This document shows, one piece after another, positions 1 through 9,579 of a DNA stretch of 64,000 nt (position 1 is the stretch's first letter; each line of letters opens with the position of its first letter). The notes under the pieces were generated by a model. That model was not told the origin of the DNA, searched no databases, and was given only the letters and a program-made list of their open reading frames with translations. Position numbers and translations under genes: made by a program. The stretch lies in contig JAKMXF010000066.1 in assembly GCA_024704765.1 (NCBI GenBank), positions 496,001 to 560,000 of the forward strand, written 5' to 3'. The DNA comes from Oopsacas minuta. Lineage: Eukaryota; Animalia; Porifera.

Positions 1-153
1 TGTATAGTTATGGTGGGATGTATTGTCTCGAGACACAATCTTTCGGGTAGAGAGCATTCTGACCTATATTTTCGCAATTTGAGCTTATAAACATCTTAAG
101 CTATATAATTTTCGGATCTAATCTTTATATATTATAGGTTATTGCTATTTGAA

Positions 154-3100
154 ATGTCTAGAATATTCCTGTGTGGCTCTCGTTCAGTAGGAAAGACAAC
201 TCTATGTAAAGATTGGTGTGAATGGAATAAAGAATATGTTCATATTAATGGAAATGACGTCACTAGTGAAGTAATGGATGCAAATAATATTAGTCGTGAT
301 GATATTATTAATTCTTTGAATACAGAAGCTAAAGAGTTATATTACAATCTACAGAAGTATCTTTTTATTGAGCAAAACAAGAGAGAAGAATTGCTAAGTG
401 ATCGATTGTTCATATCTGATAGCGGACCAGATCCTCTTATTTATACTCACAAAGAAAGTAAGGATATGTCTTATAAATTGTATAAGCATGAAGATGTTAC
501 GAATTGCTTCAATCTCTACCGCAAGAGTTTAATAGTTGTAGTAGCTCCTTTAGAAGATGACAGAGAACATAATTCTTATACAAAGGTATTGAGACATGTA
601 TTACAAGAGTGTGGTGTACCTTATATGTACCTGAGAGAGAGGGTTAGATCAAAAAGATTAGAAATACTTAAGATAGCAGCTATTAATGGGTGTGTCCTTA
701 TGCCATTGGATCAGTTAAAAGAACAGCAGTGTCTTGCTTACTACATGGACATAGGAACTGTGAAAAATCGCATATTTTGCTCTCCAATGTCTCTGCAAGA
801 TAATACAGCCTATATTCGTAAATTCATAATATATCCATATGAAATACAATTATCTATTCAATCAATGGACAGTACTAATCGTATGCTAGAGAGATATGGT
901 ATAGGTAATTTTGTATTACTTGAATTCCACTGGAAAGTTAGTGATAATGACATTAAAGATATTCTGGGTATAGGACTATATGTAGATGGTGATGAATACC
1001 AGTTTATAGGTTGTAGCTCAGAGGAATTGAGGAGTAGGACTTGTTACCTTATGAAGGGAGATACTAATTACATTGATGCTGTATTGAGTGAGTGTGGAGA
1101 TTTTTCTGGGGTAAACACGGTTGCTGAGAGGTTGAATAGGATAGGATACCTATTCTCAAAAGGTATAAATACAGGTGTAGCTATTAGCAATGACGAGTTT
1201 GAGGTTATTGAAGATGTCTCAAATGCTGGAAGGATATTCACTGATGGTTGTGGATTAATTGGATTGAATTTAGCTAAGAAATTGGCTATAGGTTCTAATG
1301 TGGGTATAAACTCTCCAGATGATAATATTCCAGGTGTTTTTCAGATCAGATTCCAAGGGTACCAATGTGTTGTTATGAAGGCCCCAAAAGAAAACCAAGA
1401 TTCTTTTCAGTTAAGAAATTCTATGTTGAAATATAATACTGGAACAAAGCCTTTTCCACATATCTGGATCTGCAACCATTCTCGTCCTAATTCATACGGC
1501 AATCTAAACAAACAGTTTATTATGTTACTATCTGGACGAGGGATAAGTGACAAAGTTTTCCTTACAAAACAAGATAGTTATTTCACTGCATTAGAGAATA
1601 TGTTAATCGATCCTAAATTCGCTATTAAACTTCTTAACTGGAAAAACTACACAGAACTAGCCGAAACAGTAGCTGCCTGTCCTTCTACCGAGGATATGCA
1701 ACAGAACAAAGAAATACAAAACAAACTCAAATACCTCAAAAATACACTTGTAGAGAGAATTGACGAATTAGAAATTCCAGTTATTAACTCGCGATATATG
1801 TTTGGTGTCTGTGATCCTAATCAGCTGTTAGAATACGGAGAATGTTTCGTTAGATACACATTGAATGATGAACTAAAAACACTACAGGCAGGAACTTCTG
1901 TGATTGTTGGGAAGAATCCTTGTTATCATCTCGAAGATATTAGAGTTTTAATCACAGTAGATTATCCTGAATTGAATCATTTAGTTGATTGTATTGTATT
2001 TCCTGTAAAAGGTGAGAGACCCCATACATCTGAGATTGCTGGTTCTAGTCTAGGTGAGGACCGGTATTTTGTGTGTTGGGACGATAATCTGATCCCTAAA
2101 GATGTACCAAAACCTTATAAATACCTTGAAATAGAACCTGATCGAGCTCAAAACATATCTCGTGAAAATATCATCGAGTTCTTCGCTGGTTGTATGAATA
2201 ATATGGATATGATTAATTCATATTATCAATATTGGGCAGATAAACTAGGAGCAGGTTGTAGAGCTTGTAGAGATCTGGCTCAGCTGTTATCCAGAGGTGT
2301 AGCTTCTACAACAACAGTTGATAAGTTACCATGTGATCCCAAACCTCACAGAAATAAAAATCTCACATCACACGGTGAAATGGTTTGGCATAAGATGAAG
2401 ATAATAGCTCGTAGTAAAAGGAAGACGTTTACACTAGATACCATTGAAGATGCTCTGGTTAATACATGTTATGTCTCCTCTATTCCAGAAGACTTTATGA
2501 TAAGAATATTGAAGGATAAAGATAGGAGTATTCCTGAATACAAAATACTAATTACCTTATACAAATGGTGTAGGAGACTCAAATTAACTGACATTGAGAT
2601 AATTGATAAATTCATTGAGCTGTCCAGCTTTATAAACTTCGGTATTCTAACACTGAATGAGAGGATTGAAGCTATTAACCATGGCATACCAACTACTCAT
2701 GTAATGAACGCGTTATACAAGTCTAGAATACTCACTACAAAGATGTTACAGTCTCTGAAATTACCTTGTTATGGATGGGAATATTGCTTCAGAGAGAAGA
2801 GTAGTGATTTTGCCTGGAGCGATTTGTCTACTGCTATTACTAGTTTTACTGAATCTTTTATTATTCTTCAACTTGAAGAGTACATTTTAGCTTTCCATAT
2901 TATTGGTACGATTCGACTAGGGGACTCTGTGTTACCGCCTGGAAGCCTGACGTCATATTTATTCTCTGGGGGACAAATGTTCAGATACGTAACAGAATGT
3001 CATTATAATATTAATTTAGCTACAGAAGTAATACAATTTTATATCGAACATAAAGAGAATACATTTCTGTTTATGAAAAGATTCGGCAGAAGTTCTAAGA

Positions 3101-6100
3101 ATGATTTTGAAGGTGTCAAATATGATATTATTAGTATTGAGTTGGATAAATTCAAAACTGAATCCTCTGGAAATTCCAAACATCCTCTAATACGGAAAAA
3201 GAACTTCCAAATGATTGAGGTATTCGTTAAGAATAAATTCCAGCAGGAGATCAGCTGCTCTTTAGATGCCAATTCCCATCCGACAGAGAACGAGCTGGAG
3301 GATCTGCTGAGTGAAGATAAAGACTGTTTCATTGAACTACAAACTCTACCTGATTCACCGTTATTAGCTATGAAGGAATTTGCTTGTAAAGGAGATGGTA
3401 TAGGATTCTCTGGAGTACTACAACATATCAATGTATCTTCTATTAATAGTGTTATATTAATAGAACAATTCCTTATTCTTCTGTCAAATGTTATTGCTAA
3501 AATAGCACATAAATGTAGTTCGGAGTTACATACACAAGCATTGGAAGTCTATTGTAATCCTGGAGATCAAACTATTGAGCAAGAATGTTCGGAATTGCCA
3601 ACACCATCAAGTATCTTCGAAATAGCTAGTACAGTTGATAATCAAGTTATTCATACGATAGGAGATAGCTATCATGATACAAATCCATTCGTTCATGAAG
3701 TAGAGCAGTACACACATGATAAGAAGTATAGTAGTAGAAATAGCGTAAGATTAACGGTACCATTAATAGAGGAAAATGGATCAGATCTAGACGCACAACC
3801 AATGGAGGCTAAGAAATTATCTACAGAGTCACTTATACAGGAAACTGGACCAGAAGAACAAGTATCATCATTGGATAAGTTCAGTGAATCTTTATTAGAA
3901 CCTGTAGCTGAAACACAAACAATTCGTAATGGTACTCAATCATCAGGTCTTGTTGTAAAGGAAGTTAGGTCAGAGATACTAATAGAAATCTCTGATACAG
4001 AAAAAGCACTGGCTACTCCATTTGCCAAGGGAGATCAATCCGAAACACAAACAACTTGCAATGACATCCAATCCTCTAATACTGTTATACAGGAAAATAA
4101 ACCAGCATTACTAATAGAATTGTCTGATACAGAAATTACACCAGATAATACATTTGTACAATCAGATCAACCAAAAATTCAATCAATTTGTAGTGGCGGA
4201 CAACCGTCAGAACCTGTTCTGAAAAATCCACCAAAAATACTTATAGAATTATCAGACACAAAAATTACCGCGGAAGATTTATATATCCAAGCAGCTCAAT
4301 CAGAAACACGAGCAATTTGTAATGATATCCATATCCAATCGTCAGAGCATGTTCTCCAGGAAAATATACCTGACTTACTAATTGAATTATCAGAAACAGA
4401 AATTACACCAGATAATACATTAGTACAGTCAGATCAACCAGAAATTCAATCAATTTGTTGTGAAGAACAACCGTCAGAGCCTGTTCTGGAAAATAAACAA
4501 GAAATACATATGAAATTCTCAGATACGAAAATTACCGCGGATAATTCATATATACAGGCAGATCAATCCGAAACAAAACCAATTTGTAGTGATATCCATA
4601 TCCAATCGTCAGAGCATGTTATACAGGAAAATACACCTTTGTTGCTAATAGATACGTCAGTTTCAGAAATTACACAAGATAATCCAATTATCAACGCTGA
4701 TGAACTAGAAATTCAAGAAACAATACAATCAATGGCAGTGATAGATGATCAACTTGTTAAAGCGACTGAATTACGAGATACATTCAAATCCTTGGAAGAG
4801 ATATTGAATTCTCCTCATATAGAAATAACACAAGCAAGAGATATACTGCTTCTCTACAGTAGTCTCAGCAAATTACATCTTTATGACGTCATCAAACAGC
4901 ATCTTTGCAAGTCAATCGATACAATTGAGATTCCAACAATAGCTCAGTATCTTGACTGTATTTCTAATTGGGAGTTGTGGACATTCCTTCCACTGTCAGT
5001 ATCCAGTCAGCTGTCTAATCAGCTGTTTAAGTTATCTCTTAATCTTGACACTATACATACACCGGATCCTGAACATTTTGATGAAAAAGCTCCGAGTATT
5101 CAGGATTTGTGTATGAAAAGTGGAGTACCTTCATTTGATCAAAACATACTGAATTATTACAGATGTTATTTCTCTCATTTAATACTAAACTCTCTTCTAA
5201 ACGAGTCTATTGTAGAAGAAATGATTGAGAATTCTGATACTACATTGTGTATGTGGAGGATGGTTTATTGTCAAGAAGAAGAACGCCTGGATGATGATGC
5301 TACTGCTAATCCATGTGAAATTAAGAAAAAATGTAAGGCATGCTTCTCTCCAACAAGCAAGATTATGACAGATAAATTCACATTAGGTTCTTATGTCAAA
5401 ATCAGCTTTGTAGCTAGATCTACATCTTCTAACTCGAGTATGCCAATTGCACTAGGCTACATATCAACAGTATCAAATATTCTAGGTCGTATTACAGTAG
5501 AAATATTGGATCCTGTCCCTGATTGCCTAAAGAGAGCAGGTCGACTTGAGGTAGGCATATGGACTCTCACCTTGCTAGACAACATTACTACATTCAAGAA
5601 TTGTACCAAAGCTCTACATAGCTTACACGAGAGTAAGATTATTTCTATATTAATACATCCTAAAGGGTTCCCTCCTCTTCTAGAGATAGCACAAGAACAC
5701 AATTTAGACTATACATCTAAACAATCTCTACCTCCAGAAGAGATAGAAAATGTTTCGCATCCTTATGATGTATTCCCTAACTGTCAGGGTTGTAATAATA
5801 GGATTAGCTTCAATGAGAGACAGGAAAATGCCATCATCTCCGCTCTCGGAGACTCCCTTACTCTGATACAGGGTCTGCCTGGTACTGGTAAGACTGTAGT
5901 AGCAGCAGAGATTGTACATCAGTTACGTCATCTGATTAGACTTAAAGATAGATGTGATACTGCTAAAATGCTAGTTACAGGTGTTACTAATATCACTGTG
6001 GATAATCTCACATATAAACTGTTGGATTTAGGGATGCTAGTGTTGCGTATTGGGGAGACTACCAAAGACCTACGTGAATACTCCTTAGAATATCAGCTGC

Positions 6101-7071
6101 AAATGAAAGGGATAGAACTACAAGAAAATGGAGAGTTTAAAGAAGAAGAAATAATCAATAAAATATTAAAATCAGCTGATATAATCGCTACAACATGTTC
6201 AAGAACAGGAGATAATATTCTGAAGAATATAACATTCCCTTATATACTAATCGACGATGCTACTCAAGTGATAGAACCTATATCATTAATTCCTATAGTC
6301 AAATCTTGTGAGAGGCTTATTCTCATAGGAGACCCACAACAACTAGTACCCAAGTTACCATATGAACCAGAGGGTGTGATTCCTCTAAATGCACTTCGTG
6401 TTACTCTATTCCACAGGTTACATGCTCAAATGGAGCCTCTTTCGCTAGTTGAACAGTATCGTATGCATCCTGCTATAGCTGAATTTCCTTCTAGATTATT
6501 CTATTCTGGGAGATTGAGAACAGCAGTCAGCTGTTTGAATAGAACACCGCCTAATGTTAGGTTCCTCACTAAAGACAGACCTGTTACATTCTGTAATGTA
6601 GAATCAAGAGAAGAGGAAGCTGGAAGTTCTTGGAAGAATACAGGAGAAGCTAATAAAGTTGTAGAGATTATTAAAGAACTGATAGCTACTACAGAATACA
6701 AAGTATCTGATATTGGAGTAATTACACTGTATGTCGGACAAGTTAAATGCATTAAAGATACGCTAGGTAGGATACAAGTAGATGTAGATACTATAGACAG
6801 CTATAGAGGCAGGGAGAAGGAAGTAATTGTATTCAGCACTGTTCGGAACACAAAACACGGAGATATTAGTCTTATAGAAGATTTAAATACAATAAATGTG
6901 TTGTTAACAAGAGGAAGGCGAGCAATAATCGGAGTTGGTAACCCTATGACTCTGTCTAGATCTCATATCTGGAATGAATGGTACTATTTCTATTTTGAAG
7001 GAGACAATGAAGACGATAAACCGCCGCATGATGACGTCACTGAGGCTTCAGATTGGGCATGGGATGCTTGA
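154..7071 (+). CDS. Intronless multidomain protein: N-terminal P-loop (AAA_28/NadR-Ttd14-like) + cellular two-barrel RNA-dependent RNA polymerase domain (catalytically degenerate) + repeat linker + Upf1/DNA2-NAM7-like SF1 helicase
   Basis: ORF 142..7071 with first ATG at 154. P-loop is GSRSVGKTT. RdRP motifs are FTDGCG, FQIRF, KNPCYH and RPH..EIAGSSLGEDRYFVCWD. Helicase motifs are QGLPGTGKT (5869-5895), ILIDDATQ, GDPQQL, QYRMHP, DSYRGREKE and NVLLTRGR. Confidence 0.9.
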   Translation: MSRIFLCGSRSVGKTTLCKDWCEWNKEYVHINGNDVTSEVMDANNISRDDIINSLNTEAKELYYNLQKYLFIEQNKREELLSDRLFISDSGPDPLIYTHKESKDMSYKLYKHEDVTNCFNLYRKSLIVVVAPLEDDREHNSYTKVLRHVLQECGVPYMYLRERVRSKRLEILKIAAINGCVLMPLDQLKEQQCLAYYMDIGTVKNRIFCSPMSLQDNTAYIRKFIIYPYEIQLSIQSMDSTNRMLERYGIGNFVLLEFHWKVSDNDIKDILGIGLYVDGDEYQFIGCSSEELRSRTCYLMKGDTNYIDAVLSECGDFSGVNTVAERLNRIGYLFSKGINTGVAISNDEFEVIEDVSNAGRIFTDGCGLIGLNLAKKLAIGSNVGINSPDDNIPGVFQIRFQGYQCVVMKAPKENQDSFQLRNSMLKYNTGTKPFPHIWICNHSRPNSYGNLNKQFIMLLSGRGISDKVFLTKQDSYFTALENMLIDPKFAIKLLNWKNYTELAETVAACPSTEDMQQNKEIQNKLKYLKNTLVERIDELEIPVINSRYMFGVCDPNQLLEYGECFVRYTLNDELKTLQAGTSVIVGKNPCYHLEDIRVLITVDYPELNHLVDCIVFPVKGERPHTSEIAGSSLGEDRYFVCWDDNLIPKDVPKPYKYLEIEPDRAQNISRENIIEFFAGCMNNMDMINSYYQYWADKLGAGCRACRDLAQLLSRGVASTTTVDKLPCDPKPHRNKNLTSHGEMVWHKMKIIARSKRKTFTLDTIEDALVNTCYVSSIPEDFMIRILKDKDRSIPEYKILITLYKWCRRLKLTDIEIIDKFIELSSFINFGILTLNERIEAINHGIPTTHVMNALYKSRILTTKMLQSLKLPCYGWEYCFREKSSDFAWSDLSTAITSFTESFIILQLEEYILAFHIIGTIRLGDSVLPPGSLTSYLFSGGQMFRYVTECHYNINLATEVIQFYIEHKENTFLFMKRFGRSSKNDFEGVKYDIISIELDKFKTESSGNSKHPLIRKKNFQMIEVFVKNKFQQEISCSLDANSHPTENELEDLLSEDKDCFIELQTLPDSPLLAMKEFACKGDGIGFSGVLQHINVSSINSVILIEQFLILLSNVIAKIAHKCSSELHTQALEVYCNPGDQTIEQECSELPTPSSIFEIASTVDNQVIHTIGDSYHDTNPFVHEVEQYTHDKKYSSRNSVRLTVPLIEENGSDLDAQPMEAKKLSTESLIQETGPEEQVSSLDKFSESLLEPVAETQTIRNGTQSSGLVVKEVRSEILIEISDTEKALATPFAKGDQSETQTTCNDIQSSNTVIQENKPALLIELSDTEITPDNTFVQSDQPKIQSICSGGQPSEPVLKNPPKILIELSDTKITAEDLYIQAAQSETRAICNDIHIQSSEHVLQENIPDLLIELSETEITPDNTLVQSDQPEIQSICCEEQPSEPVLENKQEIHMKFSDTKITADNSYIQADQSETKPICSDIHIQSSEHVIQENTPLLLIDTSVSEITQDNPIINADELEIQETIQSMAVIDDQLVKATELRDTFKSLEEILNSPHIEITQARDILLLYSSLSKLHLYDVIKQHLCKSIDTIEIPTIAQYLDCISNWELWTFLPLSVSSQLSNQLFKLSLNLDTIHTPDPEHFDEKAPSIQDLCMKSGVPSFDQNILNYYRCYFSHLILNSLLNESIVEEMIENSDTTLCMWRMVYCQEEERLDDDATANPCEIKKKCKACFSPTSKIMTDKFTLGSYVKISFVARSTSSNSSMPIALGYISTVSNILGRITVEILDPVPDCLKRAGRLEVGIWTLTLLDNITTFKNCTKALHSLHESKIISILIHPKGFPPLLEIAQEHNLDYTSKQSLPPEEIENVSHPYDVFPNCQGCNNRISFNERQENAIISALGDSLTLIQGLPGTGKTVVAAEIVHQLRHLIRLKDRCDTAKMLVTGVTNITVDNLTYKLLDLGMLVLRIGETTKDLREYSLEYQLQMKGIELQENGEFKEEEIINKILKSADIIATTCSRTGDNILKNITFPYILIDDATQVIEPISLIPIVKSCERLILIGDPQQLVPKLPYEPEGVIPLNALRVTLFHRLHAQMEPLSLVEQYRMHPAIAEFPSRLFYSGRLRTAVSCLNRTPPNVRFLTKDRPVTFCNVESREEEAGSSWKNTGEANKVVEIIKELIATTEYKVSDIGVITLYVGQVKCIKDTLGRIQVDVDTIDSYRGREKEVIVFSTVRNTKHGDISLIEDLNTINVLLTRGRRAIIGVGNPMTLSRSHIWNEWYYFYFEGDNEDDKPPHDDVTEASDWAWDA
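3976..4682 (+). repeat. Coding tandem repeat of 43-46 aa units organised as an 89-aa (267-bp) higher-order dimer
   Basis: Units start LLIE(L/I)SDT; e.g. ttactaatagaattgtctgatacag at 4108 recurs at 4375 (period 267). Unit lengths are 44, 43, 46, 43, 46 plus a partial unit. Confidence 0.85.
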
Positions 7072-7302
7072 AAGGTTAATTTATTGATACCATGTATAAA
7101 TATTTTAATATTTATTAGGTTTGAAAAGTACTTTTTAAATGACAAATAGCTACAGAATTCCATAATAATAATATTCAATTAGTAATTGAATAAATCTTAT
7201 TTATATTTTCTTATAAATAGTCACAGATATTATATGCTAAATAATTATACAAATATTTACAAATTGGGGGAGTTTGTAATCCAAATTAGACAATTATGAG
7301 AG

Positions 7303-8427
7303 CTACATTTGTTCTTCCTTCGCCATTCCCTTCATGAATGGCTCTCTGTTTTTATTTTGAAATTTCCTGACCATTTCATTGACAATTCCATCCTGACTTT
7401 CTGTGAAGTCTGATCTCGTTCTCATCTTTGGATTTTTAATCACGGTTTGTTGTCGCATGTAACAAGGAATATGTTGTAAAGAAGAGGCAATATCTTTGCT
7501 TTCATTTTCCATCAATAGGATATCCCTTTCTCTTGGATCACAGAATTTTATCGAGGACATATTGACATAATTATGATTCATTGCGCTGTTACCCATGATA
7601 GGAGAATGTGGTGCACTCCTACTAAGCCGTATATTATCTGCTGCTGTATATGAGCTAGGCATATTCAGCCTGCAATATTCATTGGAGTCAAAAGCAATTC
7701 TATAATCAATATCATTATCCGTTGCCTGATGTTCGTTATCATAAGTATATGCTCTATCCAGTTTATTTAATCTCCTAGAAGTGAATTGTCCAGTAGATGG
7801 GCTACTTGTATTGATCTTGGTATTATATTGGTGTATACGTTCATAATCTTGTGATTGTGAATAGAAATTCGTGCTTCGTGACTTTTTAAGTTTGCCAGGT
7901 TCGAAATCAAAAGCTTGTTCACATAATGGAGTTACATCTGTGTCGATATAGTTCATAGAACTAGCTACACTCGGATTTGCATTTGTCAAGAGGTCTAAGT
8001 AGAAAGGCATAGTTCTCTCTGTTTGGTTACTAGTAACACAAATCTCCTCTGAATTCTGGATACACCACGTCATGTTTGCAATTTTACTGTGTTTATTGAT
8101 CTCGAATAATTTTACTGTTCTATCCCAGTGTATTTCAATGATAGGTTTTCTTGCTTGATTATACTGAATCTCAGATTCTATATTAGCCATTAATCTTTTC
8201 TTCGAGGAATACAAAGAGCTGTACTCTGATATTTCCTGATCCACATCGTGTTTGACCTTCTGTAATTTCGCGATATCTCTTTTCCACTCCCTCTCTAATT
8301 TATCTATTTCATCGTATAATTGGTTTTGTATATTATTTAGAAGTCTACTAAACTCGATAAACTTATTCTTTACTACATCTCTAGCATTGTCAAAAGGACA
8401 ATACTCTGAATCTGTTCTATACTGCAT
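7303..8427 (-). CDS. Uncharacterised protein: N-terminal coiled coil (TRIM/BBC-like) plus disordered Ser/Asn-rich C-terminus
   Basis: 374-aa ATG ORF. Heptad-rich FIEFSRLLNNIQNQLYDEIDKLEREW segment. No recognisable catalytic motif. Confidence 0.65.
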   Translation of the reverse strand: MQYRTDSEYCPFDNARDVVKNKFIEFSRLLNNIQNQLYDEIDKLEREWKRDIAKLQKVKHDVDQEISEYSSLYSSKKRLMANIESEIQYNQARKPIIEIHWDRTVKLFEINKHSKIANMTWCIQNSEEICVTSNQTERTMPFYLDLLTNANPSVASSMNYIDTDVTPLCEQAFDFEPGKLKKSRSTNFYSQSQDYERIHQYNTKINTSSPSTGQFTSRRLNKLDRAYTYDNEHQATDNDIDYRIAFDSNEYCRLNMPSSYTAADNIRLSRSAPHSPIMGNSAMNHNYVNMSSIKFCDPRERDILLMENESKDIASSLQHIPCYMRQQTVIKNPKMRTRSDFTESQDGIVNEMVRKFQNKNREPFMKGMAKEEQM

Positions 8428-9579
8428 TGAATCTGTTGATATTTCATTTTATACTTTATAAACGAGCATATATATATATCACCAAATACACGAGCACGAT
8501 GTCTCCAATTACATATCTTATCTTGATATATCAGGAATTGCTCTACAAATAGGACTTTAGGAGAAATATTACTAAATATTTGTAAGTACAAAAAATATCT
8601 AATTTTGAAATCTGCTAGCACTACGTATGATATTTCAACACAATCATTTTTACTATATACTTTGTTATATTCATTTATTAGAGGACATATCTTGTCCGTG
8701 ATCAGTATTAGTTATATACTCTTGGATCTACCGTGTTAACACAACTGTAGATTCTGCATCAGTTTAATCAACTGTTCTTTACGACACATAACTTCACCCT
8801 CTCTTCTTAACTACATCTAATCTCTACTATATTTATTTTGTGGTAAGTTTAACGATACAATCCAGAGGTTTCATACTTCAGTAGGTTAATTATTGCAATA
8901 TTATCCTTGAAGAGGTTACTTTATGCTTTCTGCATTAATAATCATTATCTTTGCATTTCTATTTCAAATATTGATATATGTGTATAGTAGTTCTAAATAT
9001 ATACCAGTTCTAAATATATACCAGTTCTATTTTGGTATATATTGGTGTATTCAATGTACTTAAGTTACAAGTAGTGGAACCATTAGTCCTGCGTGAATCT
9101 TTACATAACTATTTACTAGTAGGCTAATTAATCAACTCAGAGTAGTGACTAACTATCCATTTTACCAGCAATTTGCAACCGTTTCATCCGTGGACCAACA
9201 AGGGGTCATTTGCCCCCAGGTTTGGGATCGCTACATAATGCAATAATTCATGAGATTATTCGTTGTTCCACTTTCGTTTATCCAAATTTCTGAGTCTGTA
9301 AATAGTTCTGTGATGTATCATCCTGTTATGCAACGAATTCTCTAATATTATATGTACAACTGTCTCTACAAAAATATTTATAGACCTAATATTTACACAA
9401 GTTGCTTATAATCATAAAAATTATTTTCCTACAGATATATTCGCTCAGTATGGCATTTTAAACCAATCAATGTTCCTTTTCAATTCAATGCCCAATTATA
9501 TTCAAATCGTGTTTATAACAAATTACTCAACTGATCACATCTCACACACAAGAGAAAAACTTTTACGCAAATACGCGAA

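Noticed and set aside
154-2300. Endogenous RNA virus polymerase
   Set aside because: The motifs are those of the cellular double-psi-barrel RdRP family, not viral palm-domain motifs A-C (GDD).
2469-6752. Short antisense or alternate-frame ORFs within the RdRP-helicase gene (and similar ones within RNF10, NCLX, LRR-EGF and amidohydrolase)
   Set aside because: They overlap strongly supported CDSs and have no motifs; such ORFs are expected by chance.
8989-9029. 17-bp tandem repeat agttctaaatatatacc x2.4
   Set aside because: Ordinary short slippage duplication.
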